Below are positions 12,391 to 26,100 of a DNA stretch of 55,883 nt, piece by piece; position 1 is the first letter of the stretch; the number at the start of each line of letters is the position of its first letter. A model generated the notes under the pieces. The model saw only the letters and a list, made by a program, of their open reading frames with translations, searched no databases and was not told where the DNA came from. The stretch covers positions 1 through 55,883 of the forward strand of contig MNCI01000996.1 of assembly GCA_015680685.1 (NCBI GenBank). Reading direction: 5' to 3'. The position numbers were made by a program, and so were the translations under genes. The stretch is from Gnetum montanum. Lineage: Eukaryota; Plantae; Gnetophyta.

Positions 12391-13409
12391 AGCAAGTGCA
12401 CTTCATTAAAGCCCTCTTTTGATTTGGATTGAACCTCCTTTTTCTTGAGGGGAGGGTTTCCTTCTGTGCTCAACTATTTGTTCTAATGCTAGTCCTTTCT
12501 TAAGATGAAAGTGGTCCCTAAGCTTTGTGTTTTAATTTTCAAAAACTTGAACAAAAATTGCTTATGCTTAAGCTAGGATAAATTCGTACAAGCTTTGTCC
12601 TAGGTTGCTATCTCAATCCTTTGTGCAATGTTGAATTTAAACTGAAACCCTAGCTTCACAAACTGCCTAGAAATTTCATAAGCTTTTGTAATTGACAAAG
12701 CGAAATATTATGGGATTGTTTAGCCTTATTAGACAATGATTGCTTAAAAACATCCCCTAGAAGTTTCTTTGCTTAGGGCTCACTTTCACACATAGTGCAA
12801 CAAATTTAGCGTAATATCTTCATGTGAGTAATTGATTTTTGAAAGTTGTGGGAATCGGGCAAAGAAGTAAATCCAATAATTCTAGCTTTGTTGCTATTTT
12901 GAGAAAGTAGTAGTAGTTGAACTTAAGTATTGAAGCTTCATCCATGCTACAACTCTTATCAAGATTCGAATTTTAATCATAATTAGGGCTTGAGCTTTCT
13001 ATTCATTTAATTCAAAGCCTTGATTTATTTTGAAATAGAGTACCTTTCTTTTATAGAGCTATATTAAGAGCCATTTGCAATATGTATACTAAGCCTCAAA
13101 TAACTTAAGCCTTGCTCCATTAATGGCCAAAATGTGACAATACTGATGTAACTATGTTTGCATCAATGCGATCAACTTAATTACTGTTCATTACATAGGT
13201 TTGATTCTAGTGGACAATGCTAAGTTGAATTGGACTATATATTTTGGGGTGTACCTATATTACAATTATTTCTTTGACCCTTGCCTTTCACTGTTGCCAT
13301 GTTTAAATTAAATAGATTGATGTTGCAGTCATTTAACTTAGCTTTCTGTTTAAATCTACGCTCTTACAAGTACTCAAGTTATCTTTTTACATTTTTGGTT
13401 TAATAATGA

Positions 13410-13515
13410 GGTGTTAGCCTAGTGGTAAAATACTTAATTTGGAAGCTCAAGGTTATGGGTTTGATTTTGGTGAGCAAAGTTGAACTATATATCTGGAAGT
13501 GTACCTATGTTTTAC
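13410..13515 (+). mobile_element. tRNA-derived SINE-like relic; a second, more decayed copy at ~13190-13265
   Basis: A-box-like TAGCCTAGTGG, B-box-like GGTTTGATT; shared tail AAGTTGAA..CTATATAT....GTGTACCTAT in both copies. Confidence 0.45.
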
Positions 13516-14071
13516 TTATTTTGGATTCCAACACCCCATTTTTACATTGTTAGTTTATCATTAAAAACATGTAGGTACTTTTCTAATTTTTTTAGAAATT
13601 TAGATGTACAACTAATTTGCTTAAGAAGATAGATAATCGTTTTTTAAAAGATGGCTTACTGCTATTTAAGTGAAAAACATCAAATAACCCTCCTTCCGTT
13701 TAAAATAGTACCAAACATTTCCAACTTCCAGTGGAAGGCAAACCAAAATTTGTCTGTCATGGTTGATCCTACTAACAAGAAAATGATGGACTTTTCAAAG
13801 TTAGGAAATGCTTAAATTGTTTAGCTTCAACAGGTCAAGTTTTGTTGCATGCGTTACGGAAATCCTAGTCTAAACCTATACGACGGATCCTGTAGGTACC
13901 TATATATTCATGCGTGGGAGAGGGAACGGGCAGTTAATGTAAGGGCATTTGAATTCTGGAGATCAAAATCTTATACTTCTGCACAGCAGGAAGAACCGAG
14001 GTTAGGAGTTGAACGCCGCTGCTGTAAAAGATTATCCATTTCTGACTTCTGTGCATATTTTGCGAAGAAGC

Positions 14072-14155
14072 ATGAGCAGCTGGACTGATTTGCTGATTAG
14101 ACTAGGAGAAAAGTGCGTCGAATATGGTCCCAACACTGATATTTCTACGCAAATT
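14072..14155 (+). CDS. ABH1: CBP80 exon 1 (MSSWTDLLIRLGEKCVEYG...)
   Basis: ATG at 14072, donor GTAAG at 14156; matches the plant CBP80 N-terminus MSxWxxLLxRxGEK.EYG. Confidence 0.92.
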
Positions 14156-17100
14156 GTAAGTATGCATAGCTATGTTACTCGCATACTCTTCGCTCCGTAT
14201 CATGGAATGGCATTAGCGCCATTAACCTCCTAAACCCTACCAGTCCATCTAAATATTTATATTTATGTTCTCACACGTTTGTCATTATGTCTTTGCGAGT
14301 GCAAAAAGTCTATTTGGAACTCGATTAGTAGTCAATACAACATTCTTTTTCAGAGAAGAGAAATCATAGTTCGTTTGGCAGTTAACATATTATTCTTTTA
14401 TTGAGAAAAGAAAGTCATAGAGCCGCTTTCTTGCCTGAAATGTAAGAGACCTTGCAAGACATAAAGCTTATCCTTGTTCCCTTTACCTTGCAAGGCAGTC
14501 ATGCAAAGACTTGTAATGTTGGAAAAGTATCGCCCGTCCTGTTACCTACTCTGTTTTATTTCAAAGCCGGCCATGTAAAGACAGTCGTTATAGCGCTCCA
14601 TTCAGCTACCTGGAAGATTGTTTGTAGGTAATTTTTTTGCTTCTAGCCGGATTTGGAGGCGCATTGGACTGGAAGCAAGTAATAATATTCAAAGCTCAGT
14701 AAAAAATGGGGACTTATAGTTTGCATCTCGTTAACATCCTTACAGAGTGTGAAATACGATCTTCCTCACTTTATAATTGAATTAGCTTCTTTATTGTTGT
14801 ACATCTGAATAAGTTGATTCTGGCATTCCCAAATTTTTGGTTTCCATAAATATCCACTCAATGCAATTACGCATTTTTTAAAGAAATTTTTAGAAGTAAT
14901 CAATTATTACCTAGAACTATTTTTGCTTTTATTTTTAGTTTGCAGGGAGATACGGTATAGGTATGTGGTTTCATATGATGTCTTTGTTATGTGAAATGGA
15001 GGAAACCATAGACTAGGAGTTAATAATAACGAAGTTAGTGGCATCATTTTGTATATGATGTTTCTTGAGGTATCTAATGCTACATTGCACACCATTAATT
15101 TCATGTGCATCTCCATCCATCAAACGTAGAGAAAATGTTTGTGTATGAATCATTTAGAAAGAGTGTAACTGAAACTGAAGTGTTCTTACAGCCAGTAATG
15201 TGGACAGAAACAGAAACTCAGAACATATGCACAAAAATCTTGAATGTAAAATGTAAATAACAGAGGTTGGTGGAATTGCAACTAGAACTTGTATTTACTT
15301 AAGGAAGAGAGACGAGGAGGAGGAGAAGAAGACACCTGAATTATAAGATGTTATTATGAAAGCCTGAGCAGTAGGATGAGTATATGTTGAGAAAAGGAAA
15401 TGTTGATAATATCTTAAGAATGATGCATGTTAAACATTGTTTTAAGTAATAGAAACAAAAATTGAATTTATGGGTGAAATAAGACGTTGTATTTTGGAGA
15501 TTCAAGCCTCAGTGAGATGGGATATCTGAGGACGATGATTTGGATATCCAAGGAGTCAGAGTGAGGGAGATGAACTCGAATTCATGCAACAATTTTTTTA
15601 TTGTAAAATAAAAAAAACATTTGTATATGTGACATACTTGTTTACCAATTATTACACATCCTGAATACAAAATCTGAGAGTCACAATATTGACGTTTGCT
15701 GGATAGGTAGTTTAAAACATTTCTTGAAGAAGATCATTTTCAAAAAAGCTACGATCAAATGATCTTATATTTGATTTGAATCATCATTTCTAGAATGGAT
15801 ATTGCAAACGGCAATTTGTTATGTAATCATAAATTAAAAAGCAGAAAGCTATGTTATATTGTACCAAACATTATATTGGCCTAAAGGATGGTACTACAGC
15901 CTTAAAAGGTTTGACAGGTTTAATTCTACAAGTGAATTTATTATCATTGTGACAGCAGTTGACAATGTTTCATAAGATTGATGGCCAGTTGACAACCTTT
16001 TTCTTCTACACTGAACATTTTTTTGTTCAACTGATGAAGTTGGACAAATGGAGCCAAAAAATTTTAGTGGTAATTGTGTTGGTATATTAAGATGAAAAAG
16101 AACGTTTAGAATGTGGAAGATGCAGAGATAGATATCAAATCCCAGTTCTGAAACATTAAAGGCAGTAGACGGCTTGCTCTTTATGAAAGACATTTAGTAA
16201 TTGTATGGACTTGCTAGTGCTTTTGAATGCCTTTTATAGAGTGTTAATATTCAGTATCTCTTCTTTGTTTTATAATCATGATATTCTTTTTGCAATGAAT
16301 ATTCTGATGGGCATCCTATCATTTTGTGAAGATTTTCATTAATGGTTTTTATGACAAAATCTTGGAAATTAGCTATGTTTGGCATTCTGTTGTCATGCAC
16401 AATATCCTTTTCTCCATCATCTTGTTAGTTGGAGATAGCCTATTTGTTAATATTTGGCAAAAGTTTTGTGGGTGTTGCCGAGTCAACACCAACATAAATA
16501 TGCATATTTATTATGCTTCATTTGCCACTTGTGGAATACAAACATAGTCTATTAGCGAGAAGGCACACAAAGGTCAAAGTGTAACCAAGTAAACTTGTTA
16601 TATTGACTATATACTAGGAAGTCCATATTCCTAGAAAATTTAATAAAATGAAAGCACAAAGGAAAGGATGTTGATTTAATAAATCAAATTAATAAATGCA
16701 ATATAAAGTGAAAAATTCCAAATTGATAGAAATATTTATTAATGAAAGGCACTTGGTTAGAGCATGTGACTTGTGGTCTGCAAGTCACATGTTTGATTCT
16801 AAAGGGTATACTAAGACACGTGCTACCTTTCAGGGACTATGGCATTAGGTAGACTTCCAGCCATTGTAAATCATCATTAAATCCTTTACCTACCTTAATG
16901 GTCATCCCATCATAGATGGGATAAAAGCACTAAGATGATGATTTATTCATGAAAGGATGACAACTCTGTATGGACCAACATAAAAGGGGTTTTGGCAAGA
17001 AAGGCAAACACAAACAATCAATCTAATGGGTCAAATGAATCTTGTACAGGGTAATAAAAAAAATGTTTTGGACAACAAAAAGGTTTCAGTTTCAGTGGTT

Positions 17101-20100
17101 AAACTTGGAACTTATGCTTAATGCTGAAGCTCTTTGCATAATCCAATTCACATGCATGTGAAATGTGAGTTTGGAATTCCAATTCACATTTTCTGTGCCA
17201 TGGTGAAATGTTTGCACCCAGGAATATTGATTGTAATTTTAGACTTTTAATATCAATGATTCCTGTCCATTGCCAGTTGTTAAAAAAATTTTGAAGCTGT
17301 ACTTTGTATAGTGAAAAATTCCCAATTTTGGGCATGTATGCTACCGCTTTTAAATTTTACATGATTCCAGTTTTGACGATTCTAGTGATTTAGCATTTTA
17401 AACAGGAAAGATGTGGACCATTCTATATCATCCAGATTTGGAAGTAATGAAGTATGGATCCAAAACACAGTTAGCTGAGTAACAAAATATAGTTTTTTCT
17501 TGTCTTTGAAGAATATGGAAATAATTTTAGTTTTTTGTATTTAGCAATTAAATATTTTTAATGGGTATGTGAGATTTCTTGAGGATAGATTACTCAGTCT
17601 AGCACAGATAAATACATTCTGAAAAATACCCTTTCTAATTGTGTAACAACCTTCAATTATAAATTGACTGCTGAAGGTTGTGTAAGTCTAGATTTGATAA
17701 TTGCTTATTTCCTTTTCAAAATACAAACTGATTTCAAATTGGAAGATTAATCTAAACAAGATTTGAAACTAATATGCTTTCATATTGTAAGAAACATAAA
17801 TTTTCAGAAGTATAAACTGTTTTTTTAATTTGTACTTACTATTGTACTAATGCATTTATGAATCTTGAGGAAATGTGCCATGGAAGTATACTGCGTGAGC
17901 TGGATCACAGTGAGGATAATATATTAGAGGTAAGAATGATGTAGTGGATACACTTATTATATATTTCTGAAGATATTTAGCTGTCATTCTAACTGTTATT
18001 ATGGTGTATTTTGTTGTAGCTGCTTCTCCAATGTTTTGAGGAGCTTCCCCACAAGAGCCCCTATTATGCTACATTGGTAAGATGACATGGAGATTGTGCA
18101 TATGAAATCCTTATGACTTGTAATTTCAAGGATTGTTAATGAATTCCCGAATTTAAATTTCCCTCTCTTTATAACTCTGATTCCATGTTTGTCTTAAAAT
18201 TCACAATATGTTCTTCACTTCTGAAAACTGTCAGAAATTAGGTATTCTGATATTAAATATTAAGTCATTTCAAATTTATTTCTAGCTGCTTATTGTTTAT
18301 GGGAAAATGAACAAAAAGCAAAAACTGAAAAATGGTACTCTTTTTTTATTGTGCATTCCATTGTCAATATGTAATAAAATTTATTTGGAAATGATGTTTT
18401 AAGCATTTGCCTTACACAATCTGGCTTTTAACTTATAAGTATAGTTTTTTGTATCTGTCCAAATATAGCATGGTTTAATATAGCTAAGTCTGTATGGTTT
18501 TAAGTTTTAACAGTTAAAGGTGTTCTCATTTGTTGATAATTTGATATTCCCTTGGGTGACTTTTAAAGAGATTAAGTTATTGCTATTGAAAAATTTTATG
18601 TCTTCTTCAGGTTGGCTTATTGAATCTAGATAATGAGGATTTTGCTAAGAAGGTTGTTTGTCAGATCCATGAAAAGTTACAGGTGATGTTTCTTTTTTTC
18701 TGGCTTTGATTATTTTGCTTTATTGCAGCAATATGCAAGTTTATTGTTTAAATTAGAAAAATGGGAAATTTGAATACCAACAACAATATATGTTTGGTTT
18801 TGTATATCGTGGTACATTTTTGATTTAACACAATGAAGTGTCTTATTGGCAAATGCTTATGAGCATTAAGTCTCAATGCTGTAGAAACCACAGGAGATGT
18901 GTAGGAATTTTAATTTAATTTTTCTTTTTAATAATTAGTCTTGATCCTTCTAATAATTTAGATCTAAAACTTTTCCCAGAATTTTAATTTCTGGTCTATC
19001 CAATAATTTTTTGTCTGCGAAACATGTATTCTTTCATTTGACTCTTGTCTTTATTGATTTTGTGTTTCCCACAATTTTGCTTCATTTGTGCCTCTTAGGA
19101 TTTTATTTTTTAAGTAATCCTTTGATTTTGCCATCATTCCATTTGTCTTTGAATAATGTGTAATTTATTTGCCCGAATTTTATGTTTCACCATCTTTTTC
19201 ATATCTCATCCGTCCTTCCATTCTTAGTCTTTGAGATTATTTCATAATGCATATCCATGACGGCATCCCAACTGTATCCATATCCTTTGCTTGCTTGAAT
19301 TTGTGCGGTAGGCTTTATCTTTAGATTTTCATTGTTTAATTGTATCATTATATGCTGTCTACTCTTTTATATTTAGTACTGATCCCTAGGTCTGTTCCAT
19401 GTGATACCTTCTATATGTTCAAATCCAGTATTTCCTCATCTAACAAGATAATTGATTAATTGGGATTATTTGATTTTTGTCCATGGCAATCCGTTTTATG
19501 ATTGAAATATCAATGTTTTCGTTATTGCTGGTTGGTGCTATGCAGAATGCATTGGAGAATGAGCAATGCGACAAAATTCGGATACTAATCCGTCTTCTCA
19601 CTGTACTGGTAATAACTGACAAATATTACAATACTGTTTGCTTTTCTTTTCAACTTGTATCGTTAAATATCCATGATTCACTTGACTGATTAGATTTTCC
19701 TTTATCCTTGGAACTTTTATTTTTATTTTTATGTTAGCTATCTTTTGGTTTTTCTTTTCCTTTTCAGCAAGCATGTTAAATTCCAATAATTGATCTTCAA
19801 ATGTATGGTTTTGAGAATTCTATCAGCATTTCTAATTGTGTATATTTGGAATTGAAAACTGTTTGTAATATTTTTAATGAGGTCAGATAACTGGATTGGT
19901 AGTGAGAATTATGTTACCACTTTTTGTTATAATTTTGGAAAGCAAAAAATTAAGAATGAAAAAAAATGCATTTGTTTGGATTAGTTTCCTGGTATGCCGT
20001 ATCTCTAGAAGCACCTTATTTGATGATATGGATTCAAGGTTTTATAGGCTAGAAACATCTACCTTTGTATTTATTTTTTATTTTTGGCAAGACATAAAAG

Positions 20101-23100
20101 AGCTTAGGAAGTTATCAAGATGTCCAAGTCCATTTTCATGTTGCAGACCTCAAGGCTTTAGGAAATAGAAATGCATATGGTGACATGGAAAATATCAAGA
20201 AACCTTCTATTATAATCGGGTTTTGTTTTCAAATTAGTTCTTGAGCATGACGTTTAAATGGATCTTAATTTCTGTAGATTTACCTTATTGAAGAACATCT
20301 TTTTGTAAATATGAAGCTAAAATTGACATGTCATGTTTTAACACAGCATCTTTTCATTTAAAGTTTAGATCTGAACTTCTTTTGGATTCTCTGACAGCAT
20401 ATACATTTTTGTTTTTGTCCTGAGCATAGATGTGCAGCAGCGTTATTCATCCTGGTTATTTGATTGAAGTGTTTGAAACACTTCTATCATCAGCAGCTAC
20501 TACAGTAGACGATGACACAGGAAATCCATCTTGGCAAGCACGCGCTGATTTCTACATATTCTGCATATTGGCATCCCTTCCTTGGGGAGGGCTAGAATTA
20601 TATGAGGTATGTTACCATGGAATTTTTAATATTGTTTGTGTTCTAGCTTATAATATAATATTGTTTATTACTAAGAAAGCGGCCTTATAGAATTAAGAAT
20701 GATTAGGAACTATTGTAGGAATGTAGGGAAATATTTTATTACATGTTTGAAGACCCTAGGGATTCTTTGGACTGATTTCAGTCACTGTCAGGTCACTTTG
20801 GATGTTGAATCAGGATGGATTATTAACTAAAGGTCTGGAATTGATGCCAGCTCATCTATTGCTGTGGCTCTTTATTTCGTGGTCACACCTTGATAGTATG
20901 ACAAGGCTTATGTTAGAGTATACACCTAAGTTAAGGTACAATCATTAGTTTCTTAACTTAATTTAACAATAATTACGAGAGGTCACAATGATTCTCCAAG
21001 AGTTATAACTCCTTACAAAGGATAAGAGAATGTAAGTGCCTACTTCGTAACAGATGATAAGATAAGAGATACTAATACTGAAGGCATGGAAGAAGAGAAA
21101 TGAAGAATAAAAATTAAGTATGTGTGACCCCATTGAGATAAGGAAGTGACATTGGAACAACAGCCACAACAATGTTCATAAATTAAAAGAGTTTATGAAC
21201 CACAATGATTGTGATTCGTAAAATTACAAAGGAGAAATGTTCATGCTACAAGAGTAACAGAAGCATGAAGCAATGCAAGAAGACATTACAAAACATAGAG
21301 TTCATAATAGGGCAGCACAATGAACAGGATCAAGAAGTGATTCAAAGATTCAAAGTTAAGAAGCAAGGGGTTTAAAATGTGACTCGAAGTTAAGAAGCAA
21401 GTCTTGCAGGAGACAAGAGTAATCCCCGTAGCACAAGATCTAGTTTTCTAAAGAGGAAGAGTAGGTTCAAGTTGTGCTATACGTAGCTTGGTTCAATTTC
21501 TCAAGCTTCTTAAATAAGAAGAGAAGGCCATCCGGAAGGTTATGATGGTTAAGAAAAGGAAACGACTGATGAAAAAGTATTTCATAAAGCCTAGTTAAGC
21601 TAAGTTAGAAGTAGCTTAGTAAAGTTAAGGAAGAAGTTAAGTTGAAGAAGACTTAATGAAGTAAAGACTTTAGACGACAACAAGTCTAGGTACAAAAATT
21701 TGTAATATAATAAGTTACGAACAATAGTTGTAAGTGTATTATTAACTTACAATGAAGGAGTAGATACACTTGAGAAGAAGATCCATAACTAGAGGAAGAG
21801 CAACATTACTGAAGCACAAGAAGTTCTTCTGAACTTAGCATAAGCAGACTTTGAGATGCCCAAAGATGATGGTTGCAAATTACCAAAATCAGGAACAAGT
21901 TCTAAGTGATGGAATCAGTATAACATAACTCTGCTCATTATAAGAGGATTTATAAGCAGCAATCCAGTAAGACTTATGATACTCACAATAGCAAAGAATT
22001 ATGAAGAGCAGTTGTCATTATGAAGAGAGCTATGATCTTACAATTCTACAATATCTTCCTACATATCACATCCTGGAGAATTCTGAAGATAACATGAAGA
22101 ATATTATGAATGATGTTATTATCAATTGCAAAAAGTGTATCTCCATGTAAAAGATCCTAAGGCAATAATGTTGTGTTATGAAGGTAATGAAAAGTCAACA
22201 AAGAAACATCTCAAAACATATATCCGTGGAATACTTATGTCATAAAGGTTTAGGTCATTAACAATATTAGTAATTGCATGTCAGTGATATTAGTCATCAC
22301 TGTTAGTTTCCAGTTAAGATCTGTGTGTAAACAATTACATTTAAGGAACTTGTTTACGGGTCATTGGAATAACTAGGCATTTTGTTATGTTGACTTTTTC
22401 ATATTGCAACTAGTAGCTTTGTCAATCTTGAGAACACTTCTTATTCTTTTCTTCCAGTTATAGAATTTACTCACATTTGGGTTGGACCTAAGTCACCATA
22501 TTATAAGATCCCAAGCAATATGCTTTAGGCCAATGTTTCAAATTTCCAATTCCCTGTGCTTCTTAGACTGTTTTTCTATGAATAGTTTTGGTTTTACTAA
22601 CTACTTGATTCTGCATGTCTTTAGCACTTTTATTTTATTTTAGTTATATTTAATTTAGAACTCATATATTTGTAATGACTATAGCGTGTGCAAGATGAAC
22701 TCGAACGGGTAATGGCTGGAATTGAAGCCTATTTGAGGATTAGAAGGCCTATATTGGAAACTGCATTCTCACCTTTCGTCCTGACTATGAAAAAGCTTGA
22801 TTCATCTGACAATCTGGTAGCTACTTGGTCTCCATTTCTGTTTGTTTTACTATATATGCCTTCTAAAGGTTTAATTTTGGAGAATTTGTATGTGATAAGA
22901 TAAAAAAATCACTGGTTATATTTTTTTGTCTGCATAGTGTGCAGAGAGGAGATTAATAACATTTGCACCGTTAATATATGAAATGTGTTCCTAACAATGC
23001 ATTGTAGTAATCGATGACTAAAAGTTCAGGGAAAGGTCCTTTTTGGTAACCTTGGAAGTTGGCTTAGTGGCATTATAAATGAAAAAATACGAAAGAGTTG

Positions 23101-26100
23101 GTAACCAAAAACCTAAAAAATAGTTATGTTTTTTTTTACGATCCATTTAATTCAGACTTTCAAAAACAAACTCTTGAAATACATACAAAATTAAAAATAT
23201 TAACAATAGATGAATGGAAAGGTGAACAGGAGTGGGGAGGGCTACTTACTACCGGAAGCAACTAGTTACCAGAATCACTGAACGGTACAAACATGGAATA
23301 AACATTGCACTTTATAATAAAAAGAAAACATAGTAACCAAGAAACATAATGAAAAACATCACGCCATTGTCTCTGGTTGCCTTTGAACTAAATTGAACTG
23401 CAGTGAAACAACAGCACAATAAAATTGAATAACTGCAGTACATAAAATTGAATAGAATGCTTTTAAAAGTAGCAACTGACCAGAAACGGAAAAAAACATA
23501 GAAAAAATAGTAAACAACAAGTGATTACCTGCTTAAAAAATTGCAAGCTTCCCAGCAATGCGCCAAATGGCAGCAGCAAAGAAAGGCAGTCTCTCAAATT
23601 TTATTTCAAATTTCATTCATAGTCCTTACAGCTTTGTTCCTTTATTCCTTTTCGGTCAAATCATCATATCTGCCTGTTAATTTATTTATTTACAGCACAG
23701 CAGCAGCAACAGATCCAAGAATGAAGGAATCAATTCCATCAATCTTTCATTACAGCATAAGCTCCAATGTGCTCAATGAACGCATAAAATCTAGTCTCCT
23801 TTTCATCAGTATAACTCCTCCTCCTCCTCCAAGTAAATTTGTGAAGATAGGATTCAAAGAACTTTGAAGTGGTGCCAGATTTTGGTAAAAATTGTCACCA
23901 CCCTGAAGGTGATTTCCTCTTTGTTTATATGCACATTCATGATTGGATCCTTCAAGTGTCTGGAGTGATTTACAATTTTGCATGTATAATTCAGCTACTG
24001 TAGGTATTCCAAATTGTATGCTTTTCACATATTGCTGTGGATTTCACTACTTGGCAAACCCACTTGTAGATCAAATTAACTAAAGTTTTACTGCTTTTGT
24101 CTTGAATAACTTTAAGGTATAATTTATTTTTTGCAAGATTGTTCAATCCCTTCAAACATTCTCTTTCTATTCGTTCTCTCCCCTTTGGGATACTTGCATT
24201 TGTCAGATTTTCTCTCATCAATTTCTACAATTTTGACAGGGCCTCCAATTTTTCCTGCATTCTTAAATACTCCATCAGAGCATATATTTCTGCCGAAACT
24301 GTATCAATCTATGGTAATATGCTTTGAAACATTGGTATAAGCATAGTATTTCACTGTCATCCACCATGACTAGTCAAATCAATTCCATAACGGATGTTGT
24401 GAAGAAAGCTGTTCATCGTTGAAGTGAATCCCCTTCTTGCACATTGTTTAATACGGTATATTTTGCCTACAAATTTAATTTTTTTTCCTTGATGAACCCT
24501 TTTCTTTCAGCATTGGAAAGCTACACTTTGGACAACTTTTTGCAGCATTAAACAAGCCAAGCTTTTTAGTAAATTTGACATAATCTTTGACTGATCTTGT
24601 TTTAGAGATGAAGAGCTCTATGGTCAGCTTCTTCCTTGGATTTACAGTTAGCTGAGCGTTTTCCTTATTGGCTTCATCATCATCTTCCATCTTAGTTGTC
24701 GTTTTCTTTTTCTGACTTCACTGAAAGTGCTTCTTCATCCTTTTCTATCACTGCTAAAATGGCTGACAAATTACCATCACGCTGCTGAGCAGAGCACAAG
24801 TGCTTTGGTTGGCGAAATTGTCGGAGTGATTTTAACATTTGGGTTGGTTGCATTTTATTAATGTAACTTGCTTGAGTCGAAGGAAAAACGAATTGAAAAC
24901 TTTTTTGATAACCGGTTGAACTGGCACTATATTATGGTACAACTGCTTGCTACCGGTAATTACCTTCACCACGATTATTCACCCTTTCTTGGATGAACTA
25001 GTCAATATAAGTTGCATCAATATATCCACCAGCACCACAAAACATATCTACACCCAAGAATTACAAATATTCTTGTCCTCTATATTGCAAATGTTGTTGT
25101 CCCTTGTAATTTGCTTGTTAAACAATCACAACATTAAATCAGAAGAATAGAATAACATTAGATGCAATAAGTTAAGTACAAGGCTTTAGTGAACTTTCTC
25201 AATTCATGAAATCACTTAAGAGAAAAGTATTACACAATAGAATTTTCCAACTCTATTAAAATGCCAAGCTACCAAGAAAGCCAAACATTAAATTCAGGAC
25301 TACCCATTATATGAATTGTCCCACAGGCTTCAAATTTGTGAACTGTCAAGATAGCAGCATACTGTATTGATCAAGTTCACTGAGTGATTACTCTATAGAA
25401 GAAAAACTTGCTAGATACACATTAGCAGCAGCATCAAACATTTTTATATCTTGTAGATAAAGAAATGATGTAGGAAATGTAGCTTGTTGACACAAGGATG
25501 CTTTGGTTGAGTTAGATTGTACAAGTGATCATCAGAATCTTTGCTGCTTGCTATTGAAGGTAATAGAAAAATTAGAACATCATCTTAGGAATGGAATAGA
25601 ACATAGAGACAAATCACCAATACCGTATCCTGTTAATGATAGAATATAGAGACAGAGAATCTTGTGCTTCCAGAGTGATGCTGAAAACTAATTTTGTAGA
25701 AACAGAAAACCAATTACAAGTTTATTATTTTTTTGTAGTTTGAGTTTATATGGCCTAATACAGAATGAATTTTTTTTTCTTTATTATTTTTTACCATGGC
25801 ATAAGACGTTTTTGAGAAATCATCAAACGGCCTCCATTTAATGGCCATAAACTTGTAAATCTATAAAAGTTGGGGAGAATGTCATTGTGCAACGAAGACT
25901 TTTCCCAGGATTTATAAAGGTGACATTTTGAAAAAATTCAAAAGCTGTAGAAGTCCCTGAAATTTCAACCACAGATAGTAATAATTCATTTGTAATGTTT
26001 CCAAATTCTGCCTGGATATTCTATTGCTTCATGATCAATCTACATTATTGAATCATTAATTCTCTTTAATCTCTGATATTATAATTTGGACAGTTGATGT

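Noticed and set aside
13410-13480. Functional tRNA gene
   Set aside because: The B-box is degenerate and I could not form a cloverleaf; treated as a SINE-like relic.
23213-24991. Target-site duplication for the Merlin element
   Set aside because: The flanking 8-9 bp do not match, so the exact termini remain approximate.
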